NCBI GenBank assembly: GCA_964016885.1
Contig: OZ024743.1
Span: 277,450,001 to 277,514,000 of the forward strand
Direction of reading: 5' to 3'
DNA: 64,000 nt
DNA from: Eledone cirrhosa
Taxonomy: Eukaryota
A model generated the notes under the pieces. The model was not told the DNA's origin and ran no database searches. It worked only from the letters and a program-made list of their open reading frames with translations. This document shows, piece by piece, positions 15,657 through 28,200 of the stretch. Position numbers and translations under genes: made by a program. Each line of letters opens with the position of its first letter. Position 1 is the first letter of the stretch.

Positions 15657-15920
15657 TATAAAGAAAGTGCTCAAGCACAGAAATGCTATAAAGGTAGCTT
15701 ATAAAACAGGGTGAAGACCCTTAAAAGACGGAAAAAGAAGTTACCAACGGTCGCTATGCGGAAATGAACGCCTCATATTCCAGATACCGGCTGTCTGGAA
15801 GATATGGAGTTCAATTCCTCAACGACCGATAGCAAGTTCTTTTCCCGTCTTTTAAGGACGTTCACCCTATTTTATAACCTATTTTTATAGCATTTCTGCA
15901 CTTGAGCCCTTTCTTTATAC
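15657..15920. mobile_element. Fold-back element with a partial tRNA-like segment (relative of 27895-28200)
   Basis: Diverged inverted arms are centred near 15790. The right arm GGAGTTCAATTCCTC..CGACCGATAGCAA..CTATTTTATAA matches 28088-28180. Confidence 0.7.
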
Positions 15921-15935
15921 TTATACACACGCATG

Positions 15936-16022
<87 letters not shown>

Positions 16023-17245
16023 TAGCCATAGTAGTAGCAGCAGTAGAAGTAGTATTAGAAGCAACAACAGCAGCAGTAGGAGGTGGTAGTAGTAGTAGTA
16101 TCATCATCAGCAGCAGCAGCAGCGGCAGCGGCAGTAGTACTATTAGTAGTAGTAGTTTTAGGAGCGGGGGAGGAGCAGCCTGAGATATATTGAAGTAATA
16201 ACTAATCATACACCCAGTTCAATTATCAATCAATCAAAATTCATAGCGTGGTAAGACTGAAAGTACACAGCCAGAGACACAAACGGCCCCCTCCCCACCT
16301 TTCTTGGTCGGCAGCCAACATCATATTCTTAACTACCACCATCACAACCACCACCACCACCATCACAACCGCCATCACCACCATCACAACCACCACCATC
16401 ACAACCGCCATCACCACCATCACAACCAACATCACCACCATCACCACCATCACAACCACCACCACCACCATCACCACCATCACATCCACCCCCGCCCCCA
16501 CCCCCACCCCCAGCACTACCACTACCATCAATACCACCCCTCCCCCTTTCCTTGGTGTTACTCCTCTCTCTCTGTTCTTCAATTAACTTATAAATAATTT
16601 ACATGTTTAGATGGTAAAGATGATACTGGACAACAGATAATTGTCTGTTTATTGCGAGGTTGTTTTTAATTACAAGGTTGTGTTTAATTACAATGCATAG
16701 TGATATGTTGGCTGGATTTATAGGATATTAATTAAAGTATATTTATTTATTTATTTATTTATCAATTTATTATTTTTTTGTACTTGTCTTAAAGGATGAA
16801 GGGCAACTCTTGTGACCTTTACGAGGCCTTCGGGCCTGGTAGGATGAAGGGAGGACTATATTCTCTGACAGGAAACCTGGTGCATATGTTTACAACAGGG
16901 GAGTATAGTCTGCTAAAGGCACAAGATTCAGGTGGTGGGTGGCATTAAACCGGGGACATATTAAGACTTACCCAGGAGAAAATAATTTAAGAGAAGAAAT
17001 AAAAGGCACCTTCTTAACAATTTGTCAGTCAAGGTAAGGTGTTAATCGATTGCTCATTTAAAAAACAAAGCAAAACAAGCCTACCTGGTTCTTAGGTATT
17101 TTTAGTAGAAACTACAGTGTTTCGATAATAATGAAGTCTCTGGTTTGAGAATACTTTCGTCTCTCCTTCCCACCATAAATATGGTATTCCCGTAACGTGG
17201 AAAAAGATTAACATATTTTAATCGTAATCACGCATATATATATAT

Positions 17246-17932
17246 ATAATAAAGAATTTATATCTAGTAACATATATATACATACAAATGCATATCGATG
17301 CTAGCAAATATATAGGTTTTGTCTTAATAACATTGTGGTTCAATGCATGGGGTTGCAGAACAATAATATAAGAGACGTAAGATAAGAAAATTATAAAATT
17401 AACTTACTTACTAAAATATCACTTCCAACTAATTAGTTTCTGGAATGGAGTAGATACATCTTCCGAAGAAGGTGTATAGAAACATCCCGTCATCAGGAAA
17501 GTCTATTCTCATATAAGTTTCCAGGTAAAGCGAGGACTCTGGAAGCTTATTAAAAAATAAATCAGTGAATAGGAAATAGCAAAGCGTGGACTTACTTCCT
17601 AGCCATTGAGAAAATCACTGCCTCTGTGTCTGTGGCAAATTCAAAAAGAATCGAACACGTGACATCGAGGTCAATCGGTGGAAAGTGGGTTGTTAATAAG
17701 ACAGCGGCCAGCCTACTACCGTAGCAGCAGTCATGGCCAGTATTGCTCGACAAATATTTTGGAGATAATAATAAAGAATTTATATCTAGTAACATATATA
17801 TACATACAAATGCATATCGATGCTAGCAAATATATAGGTTTTGTCTTAATAACATTGTGGTTCAATGCATGGGGTTGCAGAACAATAATATAAGAGACGT
17901 AAGATAAGAAAATTATAAAATTAACTTACTTA

Positions 17933-17936
<4 letters not shown>
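17246..17936 (-). mobile_element. Terminally redundant element (522-bp unit plus about 170-bp direct repeat) in (TA)n, pLTR/retrozyme-like
   Basis: 17246-17415 is repeated at 17768-17936. A minus-strand CTGATGA lies near 17495 with possible stem I pairing but no intact GAAA. Confidence 0.6.
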
Positions 17937-17969
<33 letters not shown>

Positions 17970-18181
17970 GTTAAAGTGTACATCTACATATGTATACGGA
18001 AGTATTAGTATGCATATAAATACACACATGTATACATATGTACATGTACTGAGTTTTTCACTAGACACTTTACAGTGAGTGTCAGCTAGTCTGTATGTAA
18101 CCACACAGACGGACCGGGTTTTAGAGTCATACGAGTTTTCAAGGAAACACATTTCCTCTATTCTCCAGAGAGCCAGACAGG

Positions 18182-18226
18182 AATATTGGACTAGTTTCGA
18201 TGTTATTACATCTCATCAGCAATATT
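18182..18226 (-). ncRNA. Minimal type I hammerhead ribozyme
   Basis: Exact reverse complement of the motif at 18712-18756. Confidence 0.85.
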
Positions 18227-18711
18227 TACCCATCTTCCGGCTTCTCTGGAGAATTGTAAAAGCACATATCGTTATATGCTTTTTCTATGAAAATTAGTAG
18301 TGGGTAGACTAATTTGCATAGAACGTGAGTCATTGTACGCACCGGTTCAGCGGAAACGATAAAAACAAATAACGAAACGAAATTAAATTTCGTTTCGCTT
18401 CTAACTCACTTTTGTATGACTGACGCTTAAACAATTAAGTTAAAGTGTACATCTACATATGTATACGGAAGTATTAGTATGCATATAAATACACACATGT
18501 ATACATATGTACATGTACTGAGTTTTTCACTAGACACTTTACAGTGAGTGTCAGCTAGTCTGTTTGTAACCACACAGACGGACCGGGTTTTAGAGTCATA
18601 CGAGTTTTCAAGGAAACACATTTCCTCTATTCTCCAGAGAGCCAGACAGGAATATTGGACTAGTTTCGATATGTGCTTTTACAATTCTCCAGAGAAGCCG
18701 GAAGATGGGTA

Positions 18712-18756
18712 AATATTGCTGATGAGATGTAATAACATCGAAACTAGTCCAATATT
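18712..18756 (+). ncRNA. Minimal type I hammerhead ribozyme
   Basis: AATATTG CTGATGA GATGT-AATA-ACATC GAAAC TA GTC CAATATT gives a perfect core, a 7-bp stem I, a 5-bp stem II, a palindromic ACTAGT stem III and a GUC cleavage triplet. Confidence 0.88.
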
Positions 18757-19040
18757 CCTGTCTGGCTCTCTGGAGAATAGAGGAAATGTGTTTCCTTGAA
18801 AACTCGTATGACTCTAAAACCCGGCCCGTCTGTGTGGTTACATACAGACTAGCTGACACTCACTGTAAAGTGTCTAGTGAAAAACTCAGTACATGTACAT
18901 ATGTATACATGTGTGTACTTATATGCATACTAATACTTCCGTATACATATGTAGATGTACACTTTAACTTAATTGTTTAAGCGTCAGTCATACAAAAGTG
19001 AGTTAGAAGCGAAACGAAATTTAATTTCGTTTCGTTATTT

Positions 19041-19080
<40 letters not shown>

Positions 19081-19085
<5 letters not shown>

Positions 19086-19271
19086 AGGGTGTGGTAAAAT
19101 ACCAGGTGGATGATAACATAGCAGAGTACTCGATACTTGGGGTAGTAGAGTGGGTAATAGGAAAAGATTCAGGACCCCGACGGCTGAGCTCCGGCCGTTT
19201 CGACAGCTAGATCCGAACGGATGTAGCTGTCGAACGGCCGCAGCTCAGCTGTCGGGGTCCTGAATCGTTTC
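19081..19271. mobile_element. Fold-back family B element carrying the 3' half of a hammerhead
   Basis: Arms 19161-19215 and 19218-19271. The minus strand reads GAAAC GGC..GCC GTC GGGGTCC. There is an 80-nt one-sided tail and TA flanks. Confidence 0.7.
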
Positions 19272-19276
19272 ATATA

Positions 19277-19361
<85 letters not shown>

Positions 19362-19934
19362 TCATAGCTAGAACGCATCTGATAAAAGGTATACTCAAGC
19401 AGAGTTGACCTGCGGCAAAACAGCAGCAGCAGCAGCAGTAGCAATGATGACGAACACGAAAACAATATAAACATATAAACAACTACATGAAAACTTTGTT
19501 CGTTTTGAACTAGAGGGATATTTTAAAAGTGAAAGGGCTTTTGGTGGGTGGGGGCAGTGTCAAGAAGTAGAGGTCAATAGGTCGGAGGGTGAGATACTGG
19601 GATGATGAATTTTCTTGTGATTATTTAATTAATGTTTGAATAGCAAACTAATGGATATAGAGGAGGTGGTTGTTGTTGTTATTTTCACTGTTGCTGTTGT
19701 TATTATCATTTTCCTGTAAAGGTGAAGGGGTCATAGCTGATAAAAAGATTAGATCTAAAGAGGTCACAATTTAAATTGCATTTTTAGAATTGTGGTTTCT
19801 ATCCATCCCCTTCCTGGCCACCTCTGAGGGAACCGACCTAAGAACAAAAGCATTCCAGCATTATCTATATTTGTGCTGTGTGCATCCCGAACCACAGTAT
19901 CCAAGAGACCATTCACCGTTTTAAGAAGATAGAC

Positions 19935-22900
19935 AATTTTTGATACTCCAACTCTCCAATCCAGTGAAGAAATTGTTATGATTTTCTATGAAGGCCTTCA
20001 GACTGCTATTACTTCCTCCTCGAATGAAGACAAGCTAATACTTTTGTATGATTGTAATGCATGTGTTGGCAATGACTTTGAGATCTGGAATGTTCTTGGT
20101 CGGCATCAATGAAAATGGTCTGAAGCTACTTGAGCTTCGCTCGGAACTCAATTTGACGATTTGCAATACTTTTTTCAGGCACAAATTTAAACACTAATTA
20201 CATGGATACATCCCAGATCAAAACACGGACACATGATTGATTTTATCATCATCTGTATACGTGATCTCACTGAAGTCTGTAAGGTACGAGCGATGCGTAG
20301 TGCAAAATGTAACACGAATCACAAGCTGCTGCGAGGAAAGTTTAAATTCTCTTATTCGTGAGAAGGCCTGTATGAATTGGGTCAGGATTCCGAATCATAT
20401 TGATGTTAGTAAACTGATATAGTCTGGTATTTGTCAAATCTTATCCGAACGGCTTGTTAGTCTAGAAATGGATGGAACATTATAATCTGAAATAGCATAA
20501 TACTGATTTGATAATAACGAAACTATTGTCAACCAGTTATTGAAAACAAAACAGACTCTCCATGAAAAGATCCTGGGGGAAGATTCCTCAACTCAACCTG
20601 CTACTGAGAAGATAATTAAAGAATACAAAGCCACATTTCAACGTGAAATGAGAAAGATGAAAAACGATTGGTGGCCAACTATATCTCAAGTGTAAGCTGC
20701 CTTTAATAGTAAGGATAGTAAAACATTTTATGCTTTATTATGACAATCATTTTATCCTAAATCATATTCCCTTGTTCCTGTGTAATCAAAATATCGTGTA
20801 GTGTCTTATTAAGATCCAGAAAACATTATGAAGTATGAAGTGATGGAAAACATTTTCTGACCTTTCCCATAATTCTTCTATTATCAAATTTGATACCATA
20901 GAGGGTCAATCAGAGCATGATATAATATTATCAATGGACAAACCACCGACTTTTGAAGAAATCAGAAAGACAACCTCACAAGTAAATTCAGACAAAATAC
21001 CAAGATTAGATAGTATTTCAGTCGAAAGCTGGAGGTTTCCACACATCATTGGCTACCCATACACTTATTATGAAATGTTGGGAAGGGGCACCGATACCAC
21101 ACGACTGGGTTGATGGAATCTTGATCACCATTTACAATTGTAACAACTTCCGTGGGTTCACTATTGTTGGAAAGGTAATATGTTGGAAAGGTAATATCTA
21201 GGCTGATGCTGAATCACCTTTCGGAAAATATATGTCCACTGATTCTTCCAGAAACTCAATCTGGTTTCAGAGCAGGAAGTGGGACAGTGGATATGATCTT
21301 CTTGGCTAGACAGCTGCAGGAAAAATGCGTGGAACAGTACATGCCATTCTATCAAATTTTTAATCAACTTGACTAAGGCCTTTGATACAGCCTTATAGAT
21401 CATTCTTAGTAAATCAAACTGTTGATTGAAATTTTCGCAGATATTCAAACACCTACACCTGAACATGAAGTCCAGGATTGTATTTATTGGAAAACTCTCG
21501 GAACAAATTTCTGTGTTAAACAAGAGGACATTCCTGTTCTAAAACTATTTGCAGTATACTTTGCCATTCTCCTTGTTTATGCATTTCACAACCTACGTTT
21601 CCGAACATCTGAGCAAGTCGTTAATTTAAGAAGATTTAATATGTCGGTGACATGCAATGTGTTAATTCTAGAATTTCTCTTTGCTGATGATGCAAACTTT
21701 GTTGCACACTCAGAAGCAGACACACAGCGCACGAGGAATACATTTTCTGAAGCATGTGCTCTTTTGAAGCTCACTGTAAGCTTAACTAAGGCCAATGTGA
21801 TGTACACTCCAATACCAGAAGAACATTATGCTGTACCAAATATATATGTACATCGGGCTAGGTTGGCGATGGTGGATGCTTCCGTGTATTTGGGTAGTAC
21901 TCTGTCAAGGGACGGGAGTTTAAATGCAGAAATACATTTTCGAGTACAGAAGACAAACGCTGCATTTTGAAAATTAGTAAGAAAGATGTGGTCAAACATA
22001 GGCATGATATTGAGGAGAAAAATAACTTTATGAGGAATGTGTGCTTATAGGTTTTTCGTATATGTGTAAAGCATGAACCACTCACCAGTGGCGTTTCAAG
22101 ATAATTGGCAGATTCCACCAAAAGTGCCTTCGGCAAATTTTAGGTATGGAATGGAGAAGCCTAACACCTGTTAAAGAAATTTTACAAAGATCGGGGAACT
22201 CTACAATTAGTTCCCTTGTCACTAAGAGTCAAATACGCTGATTAGGGCATTTACTCACATAAATGGTGCAAGGCTTTTATGGTGAGCTTGTGCAAGGAAA
22301 AACACCACAGCATAAGCTTAAGAAAGGGTACAGAAATTGTAGTAAGGAGAATGTTAAATATTTAGGTTTAGATATGAATCAAGAAGAAAAGCATGATCTT
22401 GATCGTAATGCATGGAGAAGGACAATTAAATCAGTGTGTTAATTATTTGAGGAAAGTAAAAAAGCCAAAGCAGACCTACAACGGCCACCAAGAAAGGGAG
22501 AGTTGGTAGGGTTTGAAAATGTTGATTATTGAAATTGCAATTTCTGTGACTGCGTCCTTTTCTCTGAAGTCGGTTTGTAAACCATATGAAAATACAGGAA
22601 CAGCGAATGACACAGGCAGACTATGTTAAAAGTCTCTCTGCATCTCCAGTTGTGACTACTTGTCCAATTTGTGGCAATATATGTAAGACAAGCTCCCGGT
22701 TAAAACACCATATGAAGGTTCATCAGCGTGAAATTCCATATCTCAATGAAATAAACCCAGTACAAACACTGACATACATCTGTTTCTTGTACCAAAAACG
22801 TTGTAGATCAGTTGCTGGATTAAAAGTCACCTCCGTGTACATGGTAGTGTGTAAACTTGCTGGAGGTATTGAGATCATGTTGAGACATATATCCTCTGAC

Positions 22901-22992
22901 AATAAGAAGAAATCATCACGTATGTATGTATGTATGTATGTATGTATGTATGTATGTATGTATGTATGTATGTATGTATGTATGTATGTATG
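19935..22992 (+). mobile_element. Decayed RTE (BovB-like) LINE with APE endonuclease, RT, C-terminal C2H2 fingers and (TATG)n tail
   Basis: Motifs TWIHPRSKHGHMIDFI, QSGFRAGSGTVDMIFLARQLQEKC, KAFDT, LFADD, YLGS and CPICG..HMKVH are present, with many stops and frameshifts. Confidence 0.9.
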
Positions 22993-22999
22993 AATGTGT

Positions 23000-23670
23000 G
23001 TAAGGTCACCATTTGGTGCTACTGGTAACATGTATCCCAGTACAACCTGTCTCATGGTCGGGTCGTTGGCAAGGTTTCTTGGTAGGAGGGTGACTTTGGA
23101 CATCCTGCAGGACTAAAACCAAAACCTGTAAAAGGGCAAAGGAGCTCTTAAGAGTCAATGGCCATCCAAAATCACCGGGAGAGATGACCCCTTAGCCTTT
23201 GTGAAGGCAGAAATCTAGGAGAAGGAAAACTCTGATATAACACCTGCAACTCTGATGGTATCCAATGATGTTGACTTGTTCTTCTTTTTGGTAAATATCA
23301 TCTTGGTTAAGAGAGTGGGACTGGCTTTGTGCAGTGTCTTTGCTCACTATAAAAGCTTCACGGCACAGGCATTGCTTTATATCTGGAGATCTCTCTGCAC
23401 TTGTCGTCACATGGTACCCTGGGTCCAGCACTATGTGTCAATAATTGTCACAAGTGTAGTGTTTGTACCAGAGTTTTCAAGTCACTGGCTGGACTAAAAA
23501 GTCACACTCGTTCAGCACATCGGTAGGGGTTCTCCTACATGGATATAAAGTAGTGGCCGTACTCGAAAAAGAGTTGGCAGCCACCATGTATGTATGTATG
23601 TATGTATGTATGTATGTATGTATGTATGTATGTATGTATGTATGTATGTATGTATGTATGTATGTATGTA
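23000..23670 (+). mobile_element. Non-autonomous about 600-bp RTE-derived element with (ATGT)n tail, copy 1
   Basis: High identity to 24424-25030 and 41047-41655. The 3' part encodes a C2H2 remnant. Confidence 0.8.
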
Positions 23671-24423
23671 CGGGTACATAGACATACACAGTTTGGCGCC
23701 CGAGCGTGTGGTTAGCCCACCGGGAGTAAGGGACCCTTTATTCTTTTTAGGACATCATTCTAAGAGAACGAACACTCTTAAGTAAAACCTACGACTCAAT
23801 GGCAGCCAATGATGTTGACCTGTTCTTCTTTATGGATACCTATCACTGTTGTTCAGAGAGTGGGATTGGCCAATGCAGGGCCTTTTTTCACTTTAAAACG
23901 CGTCAAGCATAGGCATCACTTGATTTAAATGTCTTTTATTTGTGTTGCGTGTGCATGACCATTTCTTTTTTTCTAGGCCCTTTAGCAATCTCAACAAATA
24001 AAAATTCAATATCCTCTTCTTTACATACTGAATTATCTATTTCCCGTTTTTAAAAACAAACGTTGGTCGCAAATCCTATCACGGCCCTGATCCGAGGTCA
24101 AGCACATTTCTGGCAGCCTTACGCCAAAGAGCTCAAATAGTTCGTAACAGGTCTACATTCCTCTTACGCTCCTTTTCTGGCTATTATTTATTGTCATGTA
24201 TCTTTCGATGCTGTACGGTATATTATTCAGCTGGATCTTTCTCTTAACTTCTTTATTCATGATGTGGTCACGCCAAGAAAACTTAAGTATAATCATAAGG
24301 CAACGTCTATGAAGAATATATGTATATAACTATAGCAGGTACGTATATTTTCCTACATGTATGTATGTATGTATGTATGTATGTATGTATGTATGTATGT
24401 ATGTATGTATGTATGTATGTATG

Positions 24424-25225
24424 TCAGGTCACCAGTTGGTGCTACTGGTAACATGTATCCCAGTACAACCTGTTTCATGGTCGGGTCGTTGGCGACTAAA
24501 CTGGCAACCCCACCAAGTTTTCTTGGTGAGGAGGGTGACTTTGGACATCCTGCAGGACTAAAAACAAAACCTGTCAAAGGGCAAAGGAGCTCTTAAGAGT
24601 CAATGGCCATCCAAAATCACCGGGAGAGATGACCCCTTAGCCTTTGTCAAGGCAGAATTCTAGAAGGAAAACTCTGATATAACACCTGCAACCCTGATGG
24701 TATCCAATGATGTTGACTTGTTCTTCTTTTTGGTAAATATCATCTTGGTTAAGAGAGTGGGACTGGCTTTGTGCAGTGCCTTTGCTCACTATAAAAGCTT
24801 CACGGCACAGGCATTGCTTTATATCTGGAGATCTCTCTACACTTGTCGTCACATGGTACCATGGGCCCAGCACTGTGTGTCAATAATTGTCACAGGTGTA
24901 GTGTTTGTACCAGGGTTTTCAAGTCGCTGGCTGGACTCAAAAGTCACACTCGTTCAGCGCATCGGTAGGGGTTCTCCTACATGGATATAAAGTAGTGGCC
25001 ATACTCGAAAACGAGTTGGCAGCCACCATGTATGTATGTATGTATGTATGTATGTATGTATGTATGTATGTATGTATGTATGTATGTATGTATGTATGTA
25101 TGTAGGGGTTCTCCTACATGGATATAAAGTAGTGGCCGTACTCGAAAACGAGTTGCCACCACCATGTATGTATGTATGTATGTATGTATGTATGTATGTA
25201 TGTATGTATGTATGTATGTATGTAT
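24424..25225 (+). mobile_element. Same non-autonomous element, copy 2, plus an extra 60-nt 3' fragment (25102-25163)
   Basis: Aligned by eye. It is embedded in (TATG)n and encodes CSVCTRVFKSLAGLKSHTRSAH. Confidence 0.8.
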
Positions 25226-25374
25226 GCATGTATGTATGTATGTGTGTATGTGTTTATGTGTGTATGTGTGTATGTACGAATGTATCTATAGAAGATATAT
25301 TATACGTATAAGGTGTACGAATGTAAAAGTGACTAAATACCAGTCTTGGTACTGTGATACTTATATAGAAACAT

Positions 25375-25508
<134 letters not shown>

Positions 25509-25510
25509 AT

Positions 25511-25550
<40 letters not shown>

Positions 25551-25635
25551 ATACAATATATATATACAAAATATATATTCATACATACATGTACATATAT
25601 ATAAATATATGTATATATAAACATACATATATATA

Positions 25636-25685
<50 letters not shown>

Positions 25686-26363
25686 TTTATAGATGTGTAC
25701 GTGTACGTATGTACGTATGTATGTATTTATGTATGTACGCATGTATGCATGTATGTATGTACCAATGTCTGTATGTATATACGTATGTATGTATATATGT
25801 ATGAATATGTATGGTACGGTCTATTCATGGTGGGTGTTGATGCCAATGATTAACAACACACCATTCCTGATTTCCCAAATGACTCCCTGTGTCTCTATTG
25901 CTGTTAATCCTGGTCACAGCGGTTGCATGCTCACCAGATTATTATATTTGCAGATCAATTCATGAATAAAGCATCCCCCATCTCCCCTCCACATTTTCCA
26001 TACTTCTATTCCTACCCCTGTACACCACTATTAAATCAACCCTCACACTAGCACCCACCTCTCTGTTACTCTTCACCCTACTACTGTTTGCTTCTCTCTT
26101 TCGCAATATCCACCCATACTAGGTTATTTTTCGATTCACACTCTTTTTCCGCGCAACTAATATTCTCATATCTTTACATAAGCACACCTTTGTTATATAT
26201 ATACGCTATACTACGCCCCCAACTCATACGTATGTATAATTATACATATAAAATTATACAAACAAATAACACGATGTCGATATATATACATATACATATA
26301 TAAATATATAAATATATATATGTATATATATATATATATATATCTACATATATAAATATATAA

Positions 26364-26415
<52 letters not shown>

Positions 26416-26477
26416 TTATACATATAGAAATAAATATATAATACACATACATACAGCCCCCCCCCCCCCTGCGCGCG

Positions 26478-26513
<36 letters not shown>

Positions 26514-27282
26514 TACACACACATATATATATCGACATACATACTTACATATATCCATAGATACATATATCCACACATACATACATGCATACATTATTCA
26601 AATGCATTTCGCTCATTGAACAAAGCTCTTATCGCGTTATATTAATCAAAGTTTTTCGAAATCGTATTACATTTAACCACCGTTAACGTCTCGTAAAAAT
26701 GTTCGCCAAAATGACGAAGAATTAACGATTGATACATTGCAAATTAGATTAAATATGTTTTACCCATTTATAATTGTATTTCTCCGGTTTTCATTTTCGA
26801 AATTACACTTGGAAGTTCTATTTTTTTCTAATTTCTTTTATCGATCTCTTCTATAGGAGATTCTTTTCCTTTGCTTTCAAAAATACAGATAAAAAATATA
26901 TACATATTTAAAGCTTAATGATAAAAATAAAAAAAAAGAACGGATTGGGTAAAATTTCATAATTAATTTCTTTTTATTTAATTTAATATTATTAGAACCT
27001 GAGAGAAATAGAGTATTAAAAATACAAAACAAACAAAAATCAGAATATCAGATTAAATATTGTTATGTCCCTTTACATTCTGCCTTTAAATCCCATCTGG
27101 TGCCTATATTGAAAAATCGTTTTTATAGTAAACCATGTGTGCTGGAGAGGCAGAAAGAGCAGAATGTCAGACAAAGTGCGCTTAAATTACACCAGGATCG
27201 ACTCCAACTTTCAGACTAATCTATGATTACACATATTACATCTGGATGTACATTATGAATGTGTCCTTCATTGTTTAAGCAA

Positions 27283-27488
27283 GGCCATCGGTAGATGGTC
27301 GGACGCCATGCATTGCAGCATAGAGTTACGGCCCTTTATGATCTGAGTTCAAATCCCGCCGAGGTTAACTTTGCCTTTCATACTTATAGGGGTCGATAGA
27401 ATAAAGTACCAGCCACACACTGGGGTCTATTTAATCGACTTTCCCCTCCCTCAATATTGCTGGCCTTGTGCCTATGTAAGAAACCAAT
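27283..27488 (+). mobile_element. tRNA-derived SINE
   Basis: GAGTTCAAATCCCGCCGAGGTTAACTTTGCCTTTCAT..GGTCGATAGAATAAAGTACCAG..GGCCTTGTGCCTATGTAAGAAACC. Confidence 0.85.
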
Positions 27489-27769
27489 GTTTAAGCACGG
27501 GTGTCGTTTGAAAGAGATCTGGCTGATATATTTAAATGATTGAGAATAGGGGATTCTCGGTCGCTTATATCCTTATAACGGAATTTGCACAAACCACAAT
27601 GAAAGAATAAGACAGGAGGAAGTAGTTCATTAATCCATTGTTTTACAATTGTTTTAAAGAGCAAAATGATCGATGGTAGTTTTGCAACTCAATAGCATTG
27701 ATCCAGTAGTTTTGAATACTCAACGACATACACGGGGTTATCATTATGTATGAACACACACACACACAC

Positions 27770-27883
<114 letters not shown>

Positions 27884-27894
27884 TTAGTTATATA

Positions 27895-28200
27895 TAAATA
27901 TACGGTGTATACGTAGCCGATCTCTCGGACTTTTACGAAGCGCTAAGGAGATAAAGTTAATATAAAGGGTGGTGCGTTCATGCACAGAGATGCTATAAAA
28001 TAACTTATAAAATAGAGTGAAGACTTTTAACATCGTACATACATAGAGCTGAATGGTTCAAAGCACCCAGTCTGTATCTGGGGATACGGAGTTCGATTCC
28101 TCGTAGCGACCGATAGCAACTTTCTACCGTCTTTAAGAGTCTTTGCCCTATTTTATAAACTATTTTATTGCATCTCTGCGCATGACCACACCATTCTCTC
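27895..28200 (+). mobile_element. Fold-back element with a tRNA-like head
   Basis: Arms about 27966-28030 and 28128-28197. The centre has an A box (AGCTGAATGGTT), an anticodon-like stem CCCAG/CTGGG and a B box (GAGTTCGATTCC). Confidence 0.65.

Larger units (their letters stand above)
17964..19044. mobile_element. Retrozyme-like HHR element: 1.5 tandem copies of a 469-bp unit plus an inverted copy
   Basis: 17964 equals 18433 (period 469). 18667-19044 is an inverted copy with CGAT microhomology at the junction. (TA)n lies on both sides and there is no real ORF. Confidence 0.85.

Noticed and set aside
17964-19044. Short ORFs (64-83 aa) in the 469-bp unit
   Set aside because: No recognisable motifs; they recur only because the DNA is duplicated.
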